NCBI GenBank assembly: GCA_023131975.1
Contig: JAGLYV010000078.1
Coordinates: 3,712-67,711, forward strand
Length of the DNA stretch: 64,000 nucleotides
Direction of reading: 5' to 3'
Source: Candidatus Krumholzibacteriia bacterium
Lineage (GTDB): Bacteria; Krumholzibacteriota; Krumholzibacteriia; Krumholzibacteriales; Krumholzibacteriaceae
Numbering within the stretch: the first letter of the stretch is position 1; each line of letters begins with the position of its first letter. Below are positions 58,032 through 64,000 of the stretch, in pieces. Below the pieces are notes generated by a model. It saw only the letters and a program-made list of their open reading frames with translations. It made no database searches and was not told where the DNA came from. The position numbers and the translations under genes were made by a program.

Positions 58032-59213
58032 TCACCAGGGCCTTATGGGTATCTTCGCCAGGATTTTCAGTATCAGTCGAGGAGGAGTCCACAGGTTCAA
58101 AATCTTTTCAAGACAGATCCTGCCCATGTCGTCCATCCGCATCTTAAGATGAGCCAATAAGGTACCTGATTCACACCCGGCACGTATTCGGGTATTTTTG
58201 TTCTTTCTACGCAATCCCGGCCAGTCCACCGACTGTTTTACATCCTCAATGGTGACTGGACGCGATTCGAGGCTGCTGCTGGAAAGGGTCAGAAGTTCCC
58301 TCCCCCTTTCACTGTGTACAATCACGAGAGAAAGACCTCCACCCACTTCACCGGAACGGACTATATTCCACGGATCAGCCACAGTGATATCCGCGCCCGC
58401 CCCCATGGGATTCGGGCAGAGCCTGCAAGCAGGCAGCGTCCAGAGACCTTTCCCGAAGGGAAGAGCCGCAGCATCGGCCCACTCAATCGTACGGTCCTCT
58501 ATCTCGATCTTGCCCGGCCACCCTTTCCCGCGGTACGACACCTTGCCCTCACCCTCACGGTCCAGTCCCATTCGTCCGCGCATAAAGCGCGTAAACCCCT
58601 CGTTTTTTTGCTGCTTGCAAAAAACTCCGATCATGATGAGATCATCGCGTTTTCCCCCGTAGAAATTGTCCAGAGCGATAAGTTGGCAATTAGTGCCCAC
58701 GACAATCAACTTCCCTTCGCGGGGCCGGGAAAACTCGAGGTTCTCCAGTACCGGGACCGGTCGATAGGTCGAGTTTGCAAAGTCTTCCACTCGAAACCCC
58801 CGGGAAACATATCCACCCTTCACCCATGGGAAAAAAGTATCGTCGACAAGGCAGTAAGCCTCATCAACGATACCGGTATTGAGGGCAGATTCGATAAGGG
58901 TACGGATCACTCCACCCGATGATGAGTTACGTCGCCGGTCCGGATCGGTCGAGTGGCTGAGCCATGAGGAAGCGATCGAAGTCCATGACATTTCCTTCCA
59001 GGGATTAGCTGACAGGAGAGGAACGGGACATATCCTGACGCAGAGACCACAGGATATACAGCTCGCTTCATCCCAGATTATCCTGAATCGGCCATCTTCG
59101 ATCCAGTCGCGCGAAAGAGCTCCCGATGCACATCCTGCGAGGCACGCGCCACACTGGCAACAGCGATCGACTTCGAAATGGATCTTATCATCCTTACCGT
59201 ACGAGATCATCAA
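58032..59213 (-). CDS. FrhB/FdhB-like Fe-S flavoprotein (pyruvyl-transferase-associated type)
   Basis: 2x[4Fe-4S] motifs (CCQCGACLAGC; CISCGLCVRICP) followed by an FrhB-like body. Overlaps the upstream pyruvyl transferase by 20 nt. Confidence 0.65.
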   Translation of the reverse strand: MMISYGKDDKIHFEVDRCCQCGACLAGCASGALSRDWIEDGRFRIIWDEASCISCGLCVRICPVPLLSANPWKEMSWTSIASSWLSHSTDPDRRRNSSSGGVIRTLIESALNTGIVDEAYCLVDDTFFPWVKGGYVSRGFRVEDFANSTYRPVPVLENLEFSRPREGKLIVVGTNCQLIALDNFYGGKRDDLIMIGVFCKQQKNEGFTRFMRGRMGLDREGEGKVSYRGKGWPGKIEIEDRTIEWADAAALPFGKGLWTLPACRLCPNPMGAGADITVADPWNIVRSGEVGGGLSLVIVHSERGRELLTLSSSSLESRPVTIEDVKQSVDWPGLRRKNKNTRIRAGCESGTLLAHLKMRMDDMGRICLEKILNLWTPPRLILKILAKIPIRPW

Positions 59214-60477
59214 GACGCTCCATAGACTGACGGACGTGGCTCTTTTTTTCTTCTATTACATTCGACAGGTGGTCTTTCCATCGTTGTCTTTCAAGCCACA
59301 TCCTGTCGAAAGCTCCCAGTGTCCACTCCGCGGTGAACTCCTCGATGTCGACCGAGAACTCCTCGAGCCCCAGTGACCTCATGTATTCGCGCACCTTAAA
59401 AAGGTAATTGACAGATATAGTCGGCACACAGGCGCCCGTTGAAAGGATGCAAGCGTGCATCCTGGTGGTGATGTTAAGGTCGGAGCAGGCTAGCATCCCT
59501 TTCAAAGCTGCTGGTGTAGGGAGCTGCTCTATGACCAGCACTTCCTTAGCAAGCTTCATCCTGCTGCGGATCTCCAGAGAGGTAGCCAAATCGTCCTCCC
59601 TGCAGCCATGGACCGGGTAGTTGGTCGGATAGAGGACAATTCTGACTCCGTATTCCGATATTAACGAATCGGCCAGCAAGGCCATCTCATCCAGATAGGA
59701 CTCGTAGTTGCTGAATTCGGTCTCGATCCTGTTCCGGAAATAACTCCAGCGCATCGCCGAGATTCCGACAATACTGTCGTTTTCATCCGCTCCGATAATC
59801 TGCAGTGCTTCTTCCCGCGGGATCCATTCCTGAAGAACAGCCATGTCGATAGTCTCGACAAGATTGGTGGCATCATCCCCTGTAAGTACGCGGGTCGCTT
59901 TCGTCGACTCTTCATCTCTCGTGTATATAAGGTCGACACTTTTCAGGACAGGCCTGGCAAGCCGCTTCGACCATCCAAAAATGAATGGACCGATCGTCGA
60001 CGGAAATATCACCATCTTTTTCCCCAGTTTCCGTACAAGGGAGAGAGTGTACAAGGAGAATACCACGTTTTTGAAGAACTTGTCGTTTATACGCTCAGCA
60101 CCAACACTTATCACCAGGTCAGCATCTATGAATGCAGCAAGTTTTCTGGCGAAGGGAACCTTTCCCCTGTCGATAGAGGATTGCGGGAGCACCGATACCG
60201 CCGTCATACAGACAGTCATCCAGAAGGATGTCTTTAAAAGCCAAAAAATCTGCTTGAGCCGAGCTTGAAGGAAGGGATATTCGAAGATGTCTTTTATTGT
60301 CTCGATTCCATAAAGGTCATGAAAAACTTTCGGAACATGAGCCATGACCTTTATCGTGCTTCCTGGAAAGCGTTCTCTCAGCAGCTTTATTGCGTTCTCC
60401 ACAAGCGCGCAGGAACCGACATTCGCGTCAGTGTATGCCTCGATAATCAAAATATTCAAAATCTCTTTATTATTCAT
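59194..60477 (-). CDS. Polysaccharide pyruvyl transferase (CsaB/WcaK family)
   Basis: 427 aa. The N-terminus NILIIEAYTDANVGSCALVENAIKLL is typical of PS_pyruv_trans. It is classically paired with an FrhB-like gene. Confidence 0.65.
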   Translation of the reverse strand: MNNKEILNILIIEAYTDANVGSCALVENAIKLLRERFPGSTIKVMAHVPKVFHDLYGIETIKDIFEYPFLQARLKQIFWLLKTSFWMTVCMTAVSVLPQSSIDRGKVPFARKLAAFIDADLVISVGAERINDKFFKNVVFSLYTLSLVRKLGKKMVIFPSTIGPFIFGWSKRLARPVLKSVDLIYTRDEESTKATRVLTGDDATNLVETIDMAVLQEWIPREEALQIIGADENDSIVGISAMRWSYFRNRIETEFSNYESYLDEMALLADSLISEYGVRIVLYPTNYPVHGCREDDLATSLEIRSRMKLAKEVLVIEQLPTPAALKGMLACSDLNITTRMHACILSTGACVPTISVNYLFKVREYMRSLGLEEFSVDIEEFTAEWTLGAFDRMWLERQRWKDHLSNVIEEKKSHVRQSMERLDDLVR

Positions 60478-60489
60478 ATCCCTTTTCTG

Positions 60490-61602
60490 TCACCTGTCCA
60501 TTTTCCCTGCCAAATGTGGTATTTGTTCAAACAGGTCTTCGTAAAGGGGGACGATTGATTCGATCCCAAAACGTTGCTGCGCTTTTTTTGCAATACTGCC
60601 TCTGTCAAACATGAAGTCCCCTGCCTTTTCGATGCTGACAGTCAATGCCTCAATGTCGCCGGAAGGAACAATGTGACCATTCTCGCCTTCCTCGATGAGT
60701 TCGTCGATGCCTCCAGGACATGCAAAGGCGATCACGGGACATCCCAGGGACAACGCTTCAACGAGGACATTGGGAAACCCCTCATATCTGGAACTAAGAA
60801 CGAAGGCAGCGGCGTGGCGAACAAACGGATAGGGGTTCGATACAAAGCCGTGAAATATTATTCTATCGTCAATTCGAAGTTCTCGCGACCGCGCCTCGAG
60901 CGAGCCTTTTAGTCCGCCTTCACCGAGAATATGCAGGTAGATTTCAGGGTCGCGTACCTTTGCCATCGCATCCAGGAGCATGTCGAACCCTTTTTGCGGA
61001 TGGAGGCGTCCCATAGCCACGATGTTTACCTTACCGATAGAGAAGCTTTCAGGACAGTCTCCGGCAGCTTGATCAATGATCCTGCCGGTGTCGGCAGGAT
61101 TGTTTATCGTGACTATCCTTTCCAGAGGAACATGGTATGTTCTGTGGACGTCACCTCTCATGTCATTTGACTGGCAGATGATCCGGTCCAGATACCGATA
61201 AGAAAGCCTATACATCCATGGGGCGTTCCAGAAACTTTTGGCAGTCGAGATCCTCATCGAAGGGATACCGCTTTCTCTGCCATAATAGACAGGATCTGCT
61301 TTCCTTACCATGAGGCGGGAAAATCCGAGTACCATATTCATGTAACATATAGTCCCTATGACAACATCCGGACGCACAGTGTCAATCAGCCCTGGCAGAC
61401 GAAAAAATGCGCCGGCCAGACTGGTCCGCATATCGTAAAGTTCTATATCTTCGGAAAGATCCCGGAGGAATACTCCTTTTTTTCTTAATAGAGCCAGATG
61501 GATCGAGAACCGCCGCCGATCTATGTTGTTCATAATGTGAACAAATACTCTCTCGGCTCCTCCTCCTTCCAATGTCGGGATACAGAAAAGAACTTTTTTC
61601 AT
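60490..61602 (-). CDS. GT4 family glycosyltransferase
   Basis: MKKVLFCIPTLEGGGAERV..., with a C-domain EALSLGCPVIAF. Start at the internal ATG. Confidence 0.8.
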   Translation of the reverse strand: MKKVLFCIPTLEGGGAERVFVHIMNNIDRRRFSIHLALLRKKGVFLRDLSEDIELYDMRTSLAGAFFRLPGLIDTVRPDVVIGTICYMNMVLGFSRLMVRKADPVYYGRESGIPSMRISTAKSFWNAPWMYRLSYRYLDRIICQSNDMRGDVHRTYHVPLERIVTINNPADTGRIIDQAAGDCPESFSIGKVNIVAMGRLHPQKGFDMLLDAMAKVRDPEIYLHILGEGGLKGSLEARSRELRIDDRIIFHGFVSNPYPFVRHAAAFVLSSRYEGFPNVLVEALSLGCPVIAFACPGGIDELIEEGENGHIVPSGDIEALTVSIEKAGDFMFDRGSIAKKAQQRFGIESIVPLYEDLFEQIPHLAGKMDR

Positions 61603-61606
61603 CGTA

Positions 61607-62824
61607 TCAGATCTCACCCCACCCACTTGGCGAAAGGAGGCTAAGAATGACATATTTTAACTTGTATGCCCTCAACTTCCATAATGCCGTTGTTTCTCCG
61701 TTGAAAAGTCTCAATATGTTGAGGAAAAATCCAGGATCGGTCCTGTGGATCAGACGGCCCTTCCAATGCCATGGTGCTCCACACCCCGTCCTGTTAATCT
61801 CTTTCGGGTCCTCACCGTAAAGATTTTTCCTTCCTTCGGCCTGGAAAAGAGAAGTCGTGGCGAGGTATCCCAGCTCCCCGGCCAGGTCGAAAAGTCCCTG
61901 GTTCATCCCGCCTCCAGGCCAGCATAGGTAATCGACCCGCCTCCCGAGTGATTCCTCGAGTATCCTTTTTGAATCTGCCAGTTCGGATCTGACTCGCGCG
62001 GCGAATTCCGCATCCGTCTCGTAGCTGTCCGCCGCACGCGGGCTTTTACCGGCGATCGTCGACAGCTGCTCGCGCCAGTCGTTTCTATTGAAAAAATCGG
62101 CACTGCCGTTTTCGCTTACGTAATCGGCGAGCTTTGAATCTAGACTCTGGTCCTGGAAATATTTTTTCGTGACAAGTGATTTTCCATGTTCATAGACCGG
62201 GGTTCCGTAAGGGATTCTGTCTTCCAGCCGCGCGCTCATGTATTCGTGTTTCCTGTCGGGCATCCTGTTCCACGAGAGCCATGGAGGAGGATTGTAACCA
62301 TCGACTCCGGAAGGCCTGTGAAAATCGATTATCCGGGGGCCGTTGAAATACCATGTATGTGTCGCCGCGTGGCTCTGGATTTCGATCGCCCCGTCCTCCT
62401 CCATCTTTCTCATTTCGCATATGGAGAGAAAACCGCGGTTCTCAAGTTCCTCCACCGACAGGTCTCCGTTCCACACGTCATCGAGGGTAGGGCGCGGAAT
62501 CGGAGAAGGGTCGATGAAATCGGTCGTCATCCAGACAACCGCTTTGTGCCCGTATTTCCTGATGAGAGGAAAGGCGTATGTCCAGTTGTTCAGGTAACCA
62601 TCATCGAATGTCAATATGAAGGGGTTTTCCGGAAGGGAAACATTATCCTTCATGTGGGCATGCAACATATTGAGGGTAATCGCGTTCCAACCACGGTCCC
62701 TGAGTATCCTCATCTGACCCTCGAAAACATCGTGCCGCACGAAGAGGTGCGGCCATAGCCATCCTGGAACGGCGGGACCGACCCCATGATACATAACAAC
62801 AGGTATACCTTTAATTCTCATCAC
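61607..62824 (-). CDS. Polysaccharide deacetylase (CE4/NodB homology) family protein
   Basis: Has the LTFDDGY motif (FILTFDDGYLNNW) plus downstream His motifs. About 405 aa, like the EPS-locus deacetylase subfamily. Confidence 0.7.
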   Translation of the reverse strand: MMRIKGIPVVMYHGVGPAVPGWLWPHLFVRHDVFEGQMRILRDRGWNAITLNMLHAHMKDNVSLPENPFILTFDDGYLNNWTYAFPLIRKYGHKAVVWMTTDFIDPSPIPRPTLDDVWNGDLSVEELENRGFLSICEMRKMEEDGAIEIQSHAATHTWYFNGPRIIDFHRPSGVDGYNPPPWLSWNRMPDRKHEYMSARLEDRIPYGTPVYEHGKSLVTKKYFQDQSLDSKLADYVSENGSADFFNRNDWREQLSTIAGKSPRAADSYETDAEFAARVRSELADSKRILEESLGRRVDYLCWPGGGMNQGLFDLAGELGYLATTSLFQAEGRKNLYGEDPKEINRTGCGAPWHWKGRLIHRTDPGFFLNILRLFNGETTALWKLRAYKLKYVILSLLSPSGWGEI

Positions 62825-63016
62825 GCGGGTCGCTGCTCCAGTTATTGTTCATGACTCCTTATAATCTACAGTACGCAAATTGCCGCAGTAAAATCAAGTA
62901 GATAGTCCAGCCATGCGCCCAACAACCTTCGTTTCAGCTGATGAAAAGAAGGTTTTGAAGACCTGTCCTGAAATAATATGGATCAGAAAACCCGGTAGCA
63001 GTAAAGATAAGTGGTT

Positions 63017-63964
63017 CTATGACATAAGAGCTGAATACAGTATCGGAATAAGGATCTCGTGATGTCCCGTGATAGCGATCGAGCGCCCTCCGAACGATGC
63101 CGGGCGATTCAGGACATTTTCTCCCGGCCTGTAATGCTGAACCATGTCGAGGTTGCAGGTCGTTATCCTCGAGAAGGATGCCCCCTTGTTTCTCGCCACG
63201 CTGAAAGCCTTGAGAAATACCTCAGGAAGGATCACGGCAGATCCGGCATTGATCACTGTTCCTCCCTCAAGGCCCAGACTCTCGACCCGTCCGCAGAATA
63301 TCCTGAAATCCCTGTATGAAAGCCCTCCCCATGCTGAGCCGTCATATGACGGATGCTGGTTTATGATATCCGTGCCGATCGCGATATGGACTGTCACCGG
63401 AATATCATGCTCGTATGCTGACGCAAAAAGGCTCTTGTCGCGATTCGGAGCTTTTTTCCGGCTGATATACCTGCCGATCGCCTCCCCCAGTCCCAGGCCC
63501 TCAACGACACCATCATCAACGGCTTCGGCAAGAAGCGCCGCGGTCTCTTCAGTAAAACCGAATATTCCTTTCTTGAGATTCTCGGCTACATCCTCGGAAG
63601 TCTTCCCGAAAAAGGCGATCTCGATATCATGTATAGCGCAGGCTCCATTTACGGCAAGAGAAGTCATGAGACCATTCTTCATCATCTCGATCAGATATAG
63701 AGGGAGTCCACATTTGATCACGTGAGCTCCGATCATCCAGATGATCTCCTGATTTTCGGAAGAACGTGCTTCTTCCATCGACTTTACGATCTCCTTTATC
63801 CTGCTGCCGGCAAGCTGGTCGGGCAGCGAATCGAACCATTCCCTGAACCCGCTGCTGCCCTTGATCGGTTTTCCATAGTCATTCAGGGATACCTTGCTCG
63901 TCCTCTCAACAAACGGTATTGTCCGAATTCCCGAAAAGTCCGACTCCTTATATTTACCTGTCAT
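63017..63964 (-). CDS. Deoxyhypusine-synthase-like family protein (uncertain)
   Basis: The pattern IIWMIGAHVIKCGL...LMTSLAVNGACAIHDIE and later ...DIPVTV..., ...GTVINAGSAV... resembles the DHS-like fold. The assignment is weak. Confidence 0.35.
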   Translation of the reverse strand: MTGKYKESDFSGIRTIPFVERTSKVSLNDYGKPIKGSSGFREWFDSLPDQLAGSRIKEIVKSMEEARSSENQEIIWMIGAHVIKCGLPLYLIEMMKNGLMTSLAVNGACAIHDIEIAFFGKTSEDVAENLKKGIFGFTEETAALLAEAVDDGVVEGLGLGEAIGRYISRKKAPNRDKSLFASAYEHDIPVTVHIAIGTDIINQHPSYDGSAWGGLSYRDFRIFCGRVESLGLEGGTVINAGSAVILPEVFLKAFSVARNKGASFSRITTCNLDMVQHYRPGENVLNRPASFGGRSIAITGHHEILIPILYSALMS

Positions 63965-64000
63965 GCTCCCCGGCTTTCTCCTCGGCGATCAACCTGATCT

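Noticed and set aside
1-64000. CRISPR arrays, insertion sequences, prophage or toxin-antitoxin/defence islands
   Set aside because: By-eye scanning found no regularly spaced direct repeats. There are no transposase or integrase-like ORFs and no HEPN/MNT-size pairs. The only NTase-fold gene (48800..50065) is too large and is embedded in the EPS operon.

Overview
This window looks like a bacterial chromosomal segment of about 50% GC with two parts. Positions 1 to ~24.9 kb are a dense, almost entirely minus-strand block of conserved housekeeping genes, plus one small polyprenyl-phosphate glycosylation module and a tRNA Leu/Cys/Gly cluster. The housekeeping genes are ispA(partial)-xseB-xseA-folD-ymdB-rny, zapA-zapB, the thrS-infC-rpmI-rplT-pheS-pheT operon, tRNA-Val, dnaK, cca, glgA and a galT-like gene. 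Positions ~25 to 64 kb are one very large cell-surface glycan/exopolysaccharide (EPS) locus. It holds at least 7 GT4 glycosyltransferases and one frameshifted GT4 remnant, two initiating phosphoglycosyl transferases and two GT2 polyprenyl-phosphate sugar synthases. It also holds a Wzx flippase, a Wza/PCP/ExeA-like AAA ATPase/BY-kinase export-regulation set, and nucleotide-sugar genes (WbpB/E/D-like trio, RmlA-like/RmlC/RmlD). Modification enzymes include a hexapeptide acetyltransferase, a CE4 deacetylase, a pyruvyl transferase with an FrhB-like partner, and a radical-SAM/SPASM enzyme. A complete trehalose module (unknown protein, TreT, OtsB, OtsA) sits inside the locus. I found no transposase, integrase, CRISPR array or phage genes. 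Candidates for undescribed biology are: (i) a CapK/PaaK-like adenylating enzyme fused to a degenerate PanD-like (aspartate decarboxylase fold) domain; (ii) a GT2 + ArnE-like + 882-aa GT-C (YfhO/ArnT-like) lipid-linked glycosylation triad inside a Wzx-type operon; (iii) a Pol-beta/LicD-like nucleotidyltransferase-fold protein paired with an alkaline-phosphatase-superfamily enzyme in the core of the EPS operon; (iv) a possible 6S-like ncRNA downstream of zapA; (v) a non-AUG (AUC) infC start. All functional names are inferred from motif recognition in the translated ORFs and from gene-neighbourhood logic. No database search was possible.
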